64,000 nt of DNA from a virus, in IMG/VR virus record IMGVR_UViG_3300045988_079560; one strand, written 5' to 3'. The position numbers and the translations under genes were made by a program. This document shows, in pieces, positions 9,296 through 17,989 of the stretch (position 1 is the stretch's first letter; each line of letters starts with the position of its first letter). The notes below the pieces were generated by a model, which did not search any database, had not been told where the DNA came from, and saw nothing but the letters and a program-made list of their open reading frames with translations.

Positions 9296-9883
9296 TCATT
9301 TTGGGCGGTAAATAATATCAACGTGGGAATCTAATGCCTGTTCAATCTTTTCGTCCGTAACACCCAAGTAACGAGCCGTAACGGCGGCGGAACTGTGCTG
9401 ATACAGGCGGCGGACCAGTTCAATGTCCTTTCCGTTCTTGTAGTAAATCTCTGTTCCGAAGTATTTACGGAACGAATGGGTGGATATATCCTCATACCCA
9501 GGACCGAGCCAGTCGCAAACCTTTTTCAGATGCTTTTGCACTGCCCGGACACCGATAGGGAATATCAGATCATCGCCCTCAATGCCCTCAGAGTCCGCAT
9601 ATTCAAGGAGGAAGTTGTAGACCTGTTCCTGAACCTTGAAACGGCGAACCTTTCCGGTCTTATGCTCAATAATATTAAAAGCGTGACCGGATGGCGTCTT
9701 GATAAAAGAGGAACGCCGGAGGGAGAGTGTATCTCCAATACGCAATCCTACATTCGCCTCAATAACGAGGATCGTAGCAATCCTGGGATTAGGCTGCACG
9801 CAGTCTCCAATGCCCTCATATAAAGTTTTTATGATAGTCTCGTACTGTTCATGCGTACAAGCTGTTGTTGTCTTTCCTGCCAT
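9296..9883 (-). CDS. small tyrosine site-specific recombinase (catalytic domain only, invertase-sized)
   Basis: 195 aa from ATG 9883; LRIGD, HSFRKYF and LYQHSSAAVTARYL supply the Arg/His-x-x-Arg/His/Tyr catalytic set. Confidence 0.8.
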   Translation of the reverse strand: MAGKTTTACTHEQYETIIKTLYEGIGDCVQPNPRIATILVIEANVGLRIGDTLSLRRSSFIKTPSGHAFNIIEHKTGKVRRFKVQEQVYNFLLEYADSEGIEGDDLIFPIGVRAVQKHLKKVCDWLGPGYEDISTHSFRKYFGTEIYYKNGKDIELVRRLYQHSSAAVTARYLGVTDEKIEQALDSHVDIIYRPK

Positions 9884-9900
9884 TCTAACCATCCTCCTAC

Positions 9901-11148
9901 TTACTGATTTTTCATCAAACCGGCAACGACATTGTTGATTGCCGTCTCAGATACAAACCCACCTTGCAACCTTACCGGGGAAAGAGAACCGTTAGGGAGA
10001 AAGAGCATATCGCCATGTCCCATGAGTTTTTCGCCGCCGGCCATATCCAATGCAACCATAGAGTTTGTGACTGTACCAACACGGAGACAGATCTTTGTAG
10101 GCATATTCGCCTTAATCAATCCGGTAACAACCTTTGCAACCGGGTACTGTGTAGCGATTACAAGGTGGATGCCGCAGGCACGGGCTTTCTGTGCGATTCT
10201 TACAATATGTCCCTCAACGGATTTTCCACCCATGCTCATAAGGTCTGATAACTCATCAATGAAAACTATGTCACGTCTCATAGGAGCATCTGCGAACTTC
10301 GCATTGTAGCTGTCAATGTCACGGCAGCCGGTAGATGCAAGAACGGAGTAGCGGCGATCCATCTCAATACAAAGGTTCTTCAATAGCTCAACCGCACCAT
10401 TTACCTCAGATACAACCGTACACGCTGCAAGATTCTTGTAATACTCAAACTCTGTTGCTTTTGGGTCGATGATATATAAGTGCATCTGTGCCGGATTCTT
10501 TTTCATCAATAGAGACAAGATGAGGTTATGCAGAACGATTGATTTACCAGATCCGGTCATACCAGAAATGAGGATATGGCAAGCCTTGGCAATATCAATA
10601 TAATGTTTAGAACCATCAACCGCCATGCCGATTGCCATTGTAAAACCATCGGTGGACTGGTACTCATTATCAATGAGCATATCGCCCAGGAACACGGTTT
10701 CTGTACCGGTCGGAACCTCAATATACACATAGCCATTATCAAATCTCAAAGAGGCGTTGCAATGTAAGGCTGCCTGAAATTCCTTTTCATGTCTCAAAAT
10801 AGCTTGTACCTGAGTTCCGGGAGCCGGTTCAATAACATACTGTGTAAGGCGTGGTCCCTGATTGATCTTTGCAAGGGTGGAGCGGAGGCGGAAAGAGTTC
10901 AATACACTCAATATGGTTTCGGCTTCGTTCTTTACTCCATGAGATCCCCATGAGGTGTGATAAGTCATATTGCCATCAACGGCAGGGAAGATATACGGCT
11001 TTGTAAGTTCATACGCCGGAGCGGTGGTAGCGGTCTGTCTCTCTGCGGACTCTTTCAGTCCTGTATTGAGAAGTGCGCGGGCCTCGCTGTGTTTTCTGTT
11101 TGCGGTCAATGCCTCCATACAGTTGATAAATACGCTTTTCTTTCTCAT
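9901..11148 (-). CDS. FtsK/SpoIIIE-family DNA-translocase ATPase
   Basis: 415 aa from ATG 11148; Walker A GMTGSGKS, Walker B IVFIDELSDL. Confidence 0.8.
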   Translation of the reverse strand: MRKKSVFINCMEALTANRKHSEARALLNTGLKESAERQTATTAPAYELTKPYIFPAVDGNMTYHTSWGSHGVKNEAETILSVLNSFRLRSTLAKINQGPRLTQYVIEPAPGTQVQAILRHEKEFQAALHCNASLRFDNGYVYIEVPTGTETVFLGDMLIDNEYQSTDGFTMAIGMAVDGSKHYIDIAKACHILISGMTGSGKSIVLHNLILSLLMKKNPAQMHLYIIDPKATEFEYYKNLAACTVVSEVNGAVELLKNLCIEMDRRYSVLASTGCRDIDSYNAKFADAPMRRDIVFIDELSDLMSMGGKSVEGHIVRIAQKARACGIHLVIATQYPVAKVVTGLIKANMPTKICLRVGTVTNSMVALDMAGGEKLMGHGDMLFLPNGSLSPVRLQGGFVSETAINNVVAGLMKNQ

Positions 11149-11165
11149 GGTTCTCAATCCTTTCT

Positions 11166-11357
11166 TTACCGGATGCCGGTAGTACACAATTTACTGTTCA
11201 ATCTCTGCAACTCTTTCACATAGGTGTCAATAGCATCCTGCGATTTCGTATCACACACAAGGCGTTTCGCTTGTCCGGCGTTCTCTATCATCGTCAATAC
11301 ACTATCACTCAATAATGTCTGTTCTCTATCTGTCAATGAAATAACTACCATGTTCAT
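11166..11357 (-). CDS. hypothetical protein
   Basis: 63-aa ORF in the leftward block. Confidence 0.4.
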   Translation of the reverse strand: MNMVVISLTDREQTLLSDSVLTMIENAGQAKRLVCDTKSQDAIDTYVKELQRLNSKLCTTGIR

Positions 11358-11362
11358 ACCTC

Positions 11363-11602
11363 CTACAACATATCATTACTTGAAAAAGTATTCAAAAGGA
11401 TCTCATTGTCGGTTTCTGTTATATCCAGATAGTTGCCGGAATCATCAATAATACTTAATGCTTTTTCTTTGGTTATAGGTCTTTTCTCTGCGCCCCTAAA
11501 AGCGAAGCCATATCGGAACATCAAAGGCTTTTCGGATGCCTCAACAACTTCCTTTGCCTTGGCTCTGTCTAAAGTTCCATCGTAGAATGACATTTTTATC
11601 AT
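11363..11602 (-). CDS. hypothetical protein
   Basis: 79 aa; ATG 11602 behind gggagg; ATGA overlap with the upstream gene. Confidence 0.45.
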   Translation of the reverse strand: MIKMSFYDGTLDRAKAKEVVEASEKPLMFRYGFAFRGAEKRPITKEKALSIIDDSGNYLDITETDNEILLNTFSSNDML

Positions 11603-11835
11603 AATTCCGCCTCCCATTCATCAAAATCAGGTAAGTACGCTTCCAATTCCTCATAGGTTACTTCTGGAAGTATGTTTGCAATAATCGCCCTTGCGGAGTT
11701 CTTTGTATGACCGTGTTCCCTATATACATAGTCAATGAGATTTTTGATTAAATCATAAGTGAAATGATCCTCAATGCAGCCGGGAAACTGTTCTTTTAAG
11801 TAGTTCATAAATACTTCTAATTTATCTTTGTTCAT
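11599..11835 (-). CDS. hypothetical protein
   Basis: 78-aa ORF. Confidence 0.45.
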   Translation of the reverse strand: MNKDKLEVFMNYLKEQFPGCIEDHFTYDLIKNLIDYVYREHGHTKNSARAIIANILPEVTYEELEAYLPDFDEWEAEL

Positions 11836-11884
11836 GTGTTACCTCCATATTACAACGTGTTACATATCGTTACAATGTAACGGA

Positions 11885-12250
11885 TTAGATTAAAATACTC
11901 TCAATCAATCGGCGGTTTCCGGGTGTAACCTCTCCGCCATAGTTGGAAACGGTCAAGATCAGGTCAATGGCTGTTCTCAATCCTCGAAGCTCGGCAGATA
12001 CCCGGCTGCGCTCATTGTGGTAATTCTTCAACGCCTCACGCTGAATAGGAAGCTCAATAGAAAGCTCAAAACGTGTGCGGCGTGGTGTGGATGGATTGTT
12101 ATAGGTGCGATCCATTGCATCAATGGCAGCCATGCGGCGATCCTCTTCAATGCTCATGCGCTTTTCTGTTGCTTCAAGGCTTGACACCTTGGCCTGCAGT
12201 AATTCAAAACTGCTCATACCGTTCTCAATTCTCAATGCTGTATTATTCAT
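11885..12250 (-). CDS. hypothetical protein
   Basis: 121-aa ORF. Confidence 0.45.
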   Translation of the reverse strand: MNNTALRIENGMSSFELLQAKVSSLEATEKRMSIEEDRRMAAIDAMDRTYNNPSTPRRTRFELSIELPIQREALKNYHNERSRVSAELRGLRTAIDLILTVSNYGGEVTPGNRRLIESILI

Positions 12251-12278
12251 GGTTTCTTATCCTCCTAAACTCAATATG

Positions 12279-12854
12279 TTATGCTGTGACTACTTCATAA
12301 TTTGCCGGAATCCTGGTTACTGGCATATAACGGCCGGATGATTGGCAGAACCAGAAAGGGCGTTTGAACTGATACGCTGCGGCGTGTTTCAATAGTTCAA
12401 TGCTTTCCCCAGTGTGGAGAGTAAAGCGGATCACTGCGTCGACAGGTAAATTTTTCAATGCGTGCGGATCTTTCTTTGCTTCAATGTTCTTTCTGCATCT
12501 CTCCCGCCAGTTGTTGGCATATTCTGAATCAGTAGGGGAGAGAAGAGAGAGGATAGAGGCGGGACAATGATCCTCACATGGTCCCATGCTTTCTTCCATC
12601 GTCTTAACTCCGAAGTTGAAATAATCCCGGCTGTTGGTGTGCGTCAATGCAACGGCGGCGAATGTCTCAGCCTCTCCGGTGCTCAATATGGTTACTTTTA
12701 CGGCTGCGTAATATGTAGCCCCAACCATGCAAGAGCGGACAACCTCATATTTTTTCGTGTCGTTCTGCCAGGTGTAAAGCTCGTCAATTTCTGCCTTTTT
12801 GTCAATAGCTCCGGTTCTGGTGTAGTGTGTTGCGTGTGTATAATCCCATCCCAT
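12279..12854 (-). CDS. hypothetical protein (MGWDYTHA... N-terminus)
   Basis: 191 aa from ATG 12854 behind RBS aaggagg. Confidence 0.5.
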   Translation of the reverse strand: MGWDYTHATHYTRTGAIDKKAEIDELYTWQNDTKKYEVVRSCMVGATYYAAVKVTILSTGEAETFAAVALTHTNSRDYFNFGVKTMEESMGPCEDHCPASILSLLSPTDSEYANNWRERCRKNIEAKKDPHALKNLPVDAVIRFTLHTGESIELLKHAAAYQFKRPFWFCQSSGRYMPVTRIPANYEVVTA

Positions 12855-12909
12855 GGTATAAACCTCCTTAAAATCTGATTTTCTCAATACTCCGGCGGAG
12901 CGGCGGGCG

Positions 12910-13293
12910 TTATGCCTGCCAACATCCGCAACGTTCACAAAGCGAATTAGGGGCGGCAGGCTCTCCGAATATATACCGGCGGATCTGCTCTTTCATTGTG
13001 TCCGGGATAAGTCGCGCCCAGTTGGTAGCGTTTCGCCAACGATTCACGGCACGCGCTGCACTGTATAACCTCGCCTGCGCTTCCTTGTCAAGATTGAAAA
13101 CCTCGATCAATGTAGATACAGAACTGTTTTCGCGGTCGGAGACTTCACGCGCATAATTTACATGATTCTTTCTCTCTGTGATGGTCTCAAAAGGTCCCTT
13201 ATAAAGGTTTTTTGCGCTCCTGCAGTATTCATTGTAGGCCTCATTACAGGCAGCTACCGCATCAATAAGCCTTTCTATGTCAATATTCATCAT
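12910..13293 (-). CDS. hypothetical protein
   Basis: 127 aa from ATG 13293 behind RBS aaggagg. Confidence 0.45.
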   Translation of the reverse strand: MMNIDIERLIDAVAACNEAYNEYCRSAKNLYKGPFETITERKNHVNYAREVSDRENSSVSTLIEVFNLDKEAQARLYSAARAVNRWRNATNWARLIPDTMKEQIRRYIFGEPAAPNSLCERCGCWQA

Positions 13294-13307
13294 TGTTATA
13301 TACCTCC

Positions 13308-13691
13308 TTATAAACCGTAATAAGAGCGAAGAGCGGAAAGCGTCGGGGCGGTGTGGTTTGTCATACCATGACCGAAACAAGCACCCCATAAAGTGCGGTT
13401 AATGCGGAAAAAGTGCAGGACTTCAAAACCATGAGAACCAAGAACGCCGCGCCCGTCAAGTTCAATATAATAATTCCCGGCTGACTCTCTTTTAAGCTGC
13501 GGCTTTTCCTTGTAGCCCTCCACCGGTTCGCGGTGTTTCTCCAGGCGGACGGTTCCGCCGCAGTTCTCCCGGTACTCTTTAAGGCTCCGCCGTGCGTCTG
13601 CCCTTGTGTATTCGCTGTTTTCACAATCCCAACCGTAGCCGTAGTTTGTCATAATGTCCCAACGGTCGCGGGTTTTTCTCTGATATGCCAT
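13308..13691 (-). CDS. hypothetical protein
   Basis: 127-aa ORF; RBS aaggggg. Confidence 0.45.
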   Translation of the reverse strand: MAYQRKTRDRWDIMTNYGYGWDCENSEYTRADARRSLKEYRENCGGTVRLEKHREPVEGYKEKPQLKRESAGNYYIELDGRGVLGSHGFEVLHFFRINRTLWGACFGHGMTNHTAPTLSALRSYYGL

Positions 13692-13709
13692 GATATAACG
13701 CCCCCTTTA

Positions 13710-14006
13710 TCAATAAACCTGATCGAAGTTTAAAATAGTTAAATTGTTTTCATGCGCCCAAGTGTAAGCACAGATTTTTGAACCGTCCCACACATCGGAA
13801 GTTTTAGGAACTAAACCGGCGGATCTCAAAAGATGCCAAGCCTCGCCCCACTCGCCGCAGGTGCTACCGCCGTTATACTCTGCTTCTCCTACGCGGTAGA
13901 GCTTGCCGGACTTGATACCGTAAACGGTCAATTTATATGTTGTGGTTCCGTACATCTTGGAACGCTTCACGACGTCTTTTTTATAGTAATATGATTTATT
14001 TTTCAT
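13710..14006 (-). CDS. hypothetical protein
   Basis: 98-aa ORF; RBS taggagg. Confidence 0.45.
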   Translation of the reverse strand: MKNKSYYYKKDVVKRSKMYGTTTYKLTVYGIKSGKLYRVGEAEYNGGSTCGEWGEAWHLLRSAGLVPKTSDVWDGSKICAYTWAHENNLTILNFDQVY

Positions 14007-14065
14007 GGTGTAAGCCTCCTATATTTGAGAGGGAGCACCCCGGAGGGTGCGCGCCTCGTGGTTGT

Positions 14066-14473
14066 CTATTTTGCGTTTTTCTTCAATTCTCTATAAAACA
14101 AGTAGCAAGTTGTTTTTTCTGCCTGCTCGGTTGTGTATTTGGCTTTTTCTGCCTCGGTCTGCTCTAACAAATTCCCTAAGTAGTCCAGCGCGTCCCCATG
14201 ATAGAAAACATCATCAGCAACGCTAAACGCTGTCGGAAGTCCCTGCATCCAGTCCATGAAAAGATCCTGGGCGGAGATGCGGCCGGCTTTATATTGACAG
14301 TCATTTTTTACTTTCTCAATATAGAAAGCGCTCATAATATCTTTACACATTCCGGCATAGTCGGAAGCCATCTCGCGACCCTCAAAACCGTAATACTCGC
14401 CGCTGTCCTTGTAACACTCAATAATAATATTTTTGATTTTCTCATTTACTGCTTTAGAATTAGTTTTTAACAT
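14066..14473 (-). CDS. hypothetical protein, first gene of the leftward block
   Basis: 135 aa from ATG 14473. Confidence 0.45.
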   Translation of the reverse strand: MLKTNSKAVNEKIKNIIIECYKDSGEYYGFEGREMASDYAGMCKDIMSAFYIEKVKNDCQYKAGRISAQDLFMDWMQGLPTAFSVADDVFYHGDALDYLGNLLEQTEAEKAKYTTEQAEKTTCYLFYRELKKNAK

Positions 14474-15054
14474 GGTCTTTCCCTCTCTTTTCTGTTGTTC
14501 CATCCGGGAAAGCCTGTTATAATAGGAGACAAGCCCCGGAGGGGTGGCGGCGGTCCGTGTCGCTTGGTAGGTGTAGCGGATCGCCCTTTTTTATTTGGTT
14601 CTCAATAGTCGTTTACGTCAGACTTGCAGACGGCGGCTTGTCGGGGGTTCGCCCGGGCCATTCCCTTTTATGCTGCGTGTATATGGTCAACTCGTTCCAG
14701 CCATCGCCCCGGCTCAATAGTTCCGGAGCGGTTCCCGCTTTCCCCTGGGAGCGTCGGGGGCGTTAATCATTGTTAAAGTGCTAACTGCTTTCACTCGATG
14801 CCGGGCCGGTTTTATACCGCTTTCCCGATCTCGTGCGGTTCTGAAAGTTTCAAAGTGCTTTCATACTTCCAATAACTTAATTATCTTTTTTATATGTGCG
14901 GTGTGAATTGGTACACCCTAGCACAGGTTTACAATTTTCCTTTTGCCTGATATATGCACTCATTACCACAGGGGCAGCCCTCACAGGAGATACAAGCCGG
15001 AGGCGGTGGGGCGTGTGTTTCGGTCTCGTCTTAATAAGTGCCGCGCCGCCGTTG

Positions 15055-15084
15055 CCTTGGTCCGGGTTGATTCCCTTGGTCCGG
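15055..15084. repeat. direct repeat ccttggtccgg x2 (19-nt period), iteron-like
   Basis: Copies at 15055-15065 and 15074-15084 inside the GC-rich non-coding region. Confidence 0.6.
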
Positions 15085-15200
15085 TCTGCGGTGCGTTGTT
15101 CTTTTGGGGTACACCGTGCGCCCTTGCCTGCGCTTGTTTGTTTTATTGAACGTCCGGCGGTTCGTTGTTGTCCGTTGCGGTTCGTTCTTTATGCTTGTAT

Positions 15201-15220
15201 TGTAAAGCGTATTCTTTACA
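15201..15220. promoter_or_regulatory. operator-like palindrome TGTAAA-N8-TTTACA (site 1)
   Basis: tgtaaagcgtattctttaca; same format as the site at 15301-15320. Confidence 0.55.
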
Positions 15221-15300
15221 AAGTCAAGCGGAAAATTTACAAATTATTGCGGTTTGTGAAATATGTATAGCCGACTAAACAAAATAGGGGCGGTTTGTTG

Positions 15301-15320
15301 TGTAAATTGTACACTTTACA
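15301..15320. promoter_or_regulatory. operator-like palindrome TGTAAA-N8-TTTACA (site 2)
   Basis: tgtaaattgtacactttaca; exactly 100 bp from site 1 and about 50 bp upstream of the promoter. Confidence 0.55.
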
Positions 15321-15367
15321 AAGTGCAAGAAAAACCCGGCGCAGTGTTTACCATGTAAACGGCAGAC

Positions 15368-15396
15368 TTGACAGGCGGCGCAGATTCCTATATATT
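15368..15396 (+). promoter_or_regulatory. sigma-70-type promoter for the rightward XRE gene
   Basis: ttgaca, 17-nt spacer, tatatt; about 35 nt upstream of GTG 15431. Confidence 0.55.
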
Positions 15397-15430
15397 ATAG
15401 GGGTATAGAATAGAAAGGAGGGCGGAGCCG

Positions 15431-15661
15431 GTGCGGTTGAGTTTTGGCGAAAAAATGCGCGTTATGATGAAACGGCGCGGGGTGTCGGTGCAAGAGGTGG
15501 CGGATCGTCTGGGCGTGTCCCGGCAGAACGTAAACCAGAGACTAAACGCCGATAAATTCACGCTTGACGATATGGAGAAATACGCCGCCGCCATTGGTTG
15601 CGGAATTGAAATAGAAATAACAGAGCCGCCGGAGGGCGGAGCAGATCCACATATAAAATAA
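15431..15661 (+). CDS. XRE-family helix-turn-helix regulator
   Basis: 76 aa; RRGVSVQEVADRLGVSRQNVNQ HTH; GTG start 7 nt after aggaggg. Confidence 0.75.
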   Translation: MRLSFGEKMRVMMKRRGVSVQEVADRLGVSRQNVNQRLNADKFTLDDMEKYAAAIGCGIEIEITEPPEGGADPHIK

Positions 15662-15797
15662 ATAAGGATAGCCGAAAAAGTAGAACGTAGGGCACAGAGA
15701 GAAGCACAAGAAAGCTTTTCCCGGTGTCCTTTTTATTTTGCCCGTGTGACAGCGTAGGACCGCCACAGAGGCCACAGAGGAAAGGAGGGCGCAGAAG

Positions 15798-16427
15798 ATG
15801 GCAGCAGAGAAGAAAGAAACAGCACAGAGAGACGAGAACGGAGTCAGGAAGCAGAGCTATAAACGTTTTAAGGCTGGGCGAGATTATGAAGAGATAGAGA
15901 CGGCGCAGGCGGTGGCATTGTGTGAAATGATGCTTGACGGATTCAGAGCGGCAACCAAGGAAGCGGAAAAGGGGAAAGGAGGGAGACCCCGGAAGCTGGA
16001 GACCGTGGAAGAGTTTAGAGAGATAGCAGAAAACTATATAAATTATATTAAAGAAAGAGCTTTACAAGGTGTTAGGCTGATTCCTGATGTTGAGGGATTC
16101 TGCAGCTTTGCCGGTATTTCCCGCGATACTCTGAACGATTGGGAAAGAACCCGCCCCGGCGTGTATTCCGACACAATAAAAATATTAAAGAATAACATAG
16201 CCGCATACAAGAAACAGCTTGCATTTAATGGAGAAATACCGCCGATCGTGTTTGCTACTGATTTTAATAACAATCACGGCTACACCCAGGCGGCGCAGAA
16301 AATAGATCTGAATGTAGGCAAACAGGCGCAGGAGTTACCGACAGCGGCGGACATTGTACAACGTTTACCAGTAGAAACCGGAGGGACAGACCCGGCAGAG
16401 GATGCGGAGGACATAGAAATATTATAA
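15798..16427 (+). CDS. terminase small subunit-like (gp3-type HTH) protein
   Basis: 209 aa; GGRPRK...FAGISRDTLNDWER pattern typical of small terminase/DNA-packaging gp3 proteins. Lies 8.8 kb from TerL. Confidence 0.45.
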   Translation: MAAEKKETAQRDENGVRKQSYKRFKAGRDYEEIETAQAVALCEMMLDGFRAATKEAEKGKGGRPRKLETVEEFREIAENYINYIKERALQGVRLIPDVEGFCSFAGISRDTLNDWERTRPGVYSDTIKILKNNIAAYKKQLAFNGEIPPIVFATDFNNNHGYTQAAQKIDLNVGKQAQELPTAADIVQRLPVETGGTDPAEDAEDIEIL

Positions 16428-16769
16428 AATCGGCGTTTTGCGGTTCGTTTTCTTTTACTTTTACGAACTCGGGCAGATCCGGCGGCGGTTGGTAGGATGC
16501 CAGGGCGCAGAGGCCCGGCAGCTTATACCCTGGGGCGGGGGTTTGTGGCGGATCGTTCCCGGGGCAACTCACCCCTCTGAGTTCCCGAAAAATTAAAAAG
16601 CCAAAAACCACCCCAATCGTAAAATGGCAAATAACCATATTACCGTAAACCACCCAATTTACAATGTAAGTATAAACACGGCATCCGAATAACAAAAGGA
16701 AAGTGAGGGCTTTACAAAACCACAAAATCCAAAATCGGCGGATGCCTACCGGCATAGAAAGAGAGAAAT

Positions 16770-16898
16770 ATGGAACAGAACAAAGAAACAGCAACACAGA
16801 ATAAGCAGAGAGAGGCGGAAGTATGCAGAGAGAAGAAACAGACCGCATGGGACAAATGGAAAGAGGACACACTGCGGAAGTTCAACCGGACTGCATGA
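16770..16898 (+). CDS. hypothetical small protein (42 aa)
   Basis: ATG 16770 after agaaagagag; its stop overlaps the next ATG (ATGA). Below the ORF-track length cutoff. Confidence 0.3.
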   Translation: MEQNKETATQNKQREAEVCREKKQTAWDKWKEDTLRKFNRTA

Positions 16899-17125
16899 CA
16901 GAGGCATACACCGTAGGAATCTCTGAAACGCATATCAGAAACAATGCAACGGTATTCCGAGTATGGCAGATGATAGAGCGCGGAGAACTTACCAGAGAAG
17001 AGGGATTGTACCTCATGGTAAATACGCTTGCAGATGAAAACCATCGTCTGAATCAAATGTGTAATAACCTCATAATGAGGATGCCGTCACGTCTGCTCGT
17101 AGAAACAATAACAGGCAAAAATTAA
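16895..17125 (+). CDS. hypothetical protein
   Basis: 76 aa from ATG 16895 within ORF 16823-17125. Confidence 0.4.
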   Translation: MTEAYTVGISETHIRNNATVFRVWQMIERGELTREEGLYLMVNTLADENHRLNQMCNNLIMRMPSRLLVETITGKN

Positions 17126-17165
17126 AAATCGGCGGAGGCTTACGCCTCATAGGAGGTAAAATCGG

Positions 17166-17411
17166 ATGAACGATGAAAACAGCAATTCCCAAAATTCCCC
17201 GGAAAATAAAAAGAGGTCTTGGCACAAGGAACCGTGGTATAAAAGGCTATTCGACAAGATTTTAGTATCGTGTTTTCTTCCGTGCAAGCATGAGTGGGAA
17301 GTGTTGGAAGTCCTCTGGACGGCACATGATTACAGCGGCTTTAAGTACGATGTATGCAGATGTGGGTGTAAGAAATGCGGAGAGATAAGAATTGAGAAAT
17401 TTTTAGTGTAA
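17166..17411 (+). CDS. small Cys-rich protein
   Basis: 81 aa; RBS aggagg; CRCGCKKCG motif. Confidence 0.45.
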   Translation: MNDENSNSQNSPENKKRSWHKEPWYKRLFDKILVSCFLPCKHEWEVLEVLWTAHDYSGFKYDVCRCGCKKCGEIRIEKFLV

Positions 17412-17428
17412 AAGACGGAGGTAGAGAG

Positions 17429-17725
17429 ATGGTAAAGACGGTTGTTGCGGTTATCGTAGGGTTAGTTTTGCTCAATACAGCGTGGTTTGTATTGAAAATT
17501 GTGATTCTGATAGTGGCAGAGAGAAGAGAATACGAAAAATACAGATACAAAAGCCCTTATCAGTCTCCACACAGAGAGGCTTTTATTATGGAGTGCTCAG
17601 ACCCGAATAGCAGTCCATACGCAAGGCAGTTGGATAAGTGCATCAAAAAGATGGATAGGGAACAGAAACGCATAGCGAAAATCAAATTGAAATCAGACAA
17701 GAAACTGTCGAATATGAGCATTTAG
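17429..17725 (+). CDS. small membrane protein
   Basis: 98 aa; N-terminal hydrophobic helix. Confidence 0.45.
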   Translation: MVKTVVAVIVGLVLLNTAWFVLKIVILIVAERREYEKYRYKSPYQSPHREAFIMECSDPNSSPYARQLDKCIKKMDREQKRIAKIKLKSDKKLSNMSI

Positions 17726-17755
17726 AGAATTTTGACGTATCGGAGGATGTGCGAA

Positions 17756-17989
17756 ATGGATAGACCGGTAGAAATCACAAGAAGCTATGCAGAATGCAAA
17801 TTCTGTAACGATATTGCTGATATGTGCAATGAGATACCAGATTGTACTCACTGTGAGAATAGAAAAGGAACATGGATAGATACAATCACGAGCCTGCTTG
17901 GCACAAAAGCGGTTGTCGTTCTGGAAGATGGCAAAGTGGAGACATATCCACTGGATAGACTTAAAGTTATCACAAAGAGGGAGAGATAA
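17756..17989 (+). CDS. small Cys-rich protein
   Basis: 77 aa from ATG 17756, 9 nt after ggagg. Confidence 0.4.
   Translation: MDRPVEITRSYAECKFCNDIADMCNEIPDCTHCENRKGTWIDTITSLLGTKAVVVLEDGKVETYPLDRLKVITKRER

Noticed and set aside
14557-15270. ORFs 14557-14766, 14896-15270 and 14943-15149 in the GC-rich region.
   Set aside because: Gly/Arg/Pro/Cys-rich translations typical of random GC-rich DNA, no RBSs and mutually overlapping frames. Treated as non-coding control DNA.
16264-16872. 202-aa minus-strand ORF in the 16.4-16.8 kb gap.
   Set aside because: Low-complexity Cys/Pro/Leu-rich translation, antisense to the rightward operon, overlapping terS-like and small plus-strand genes, with no RBS.
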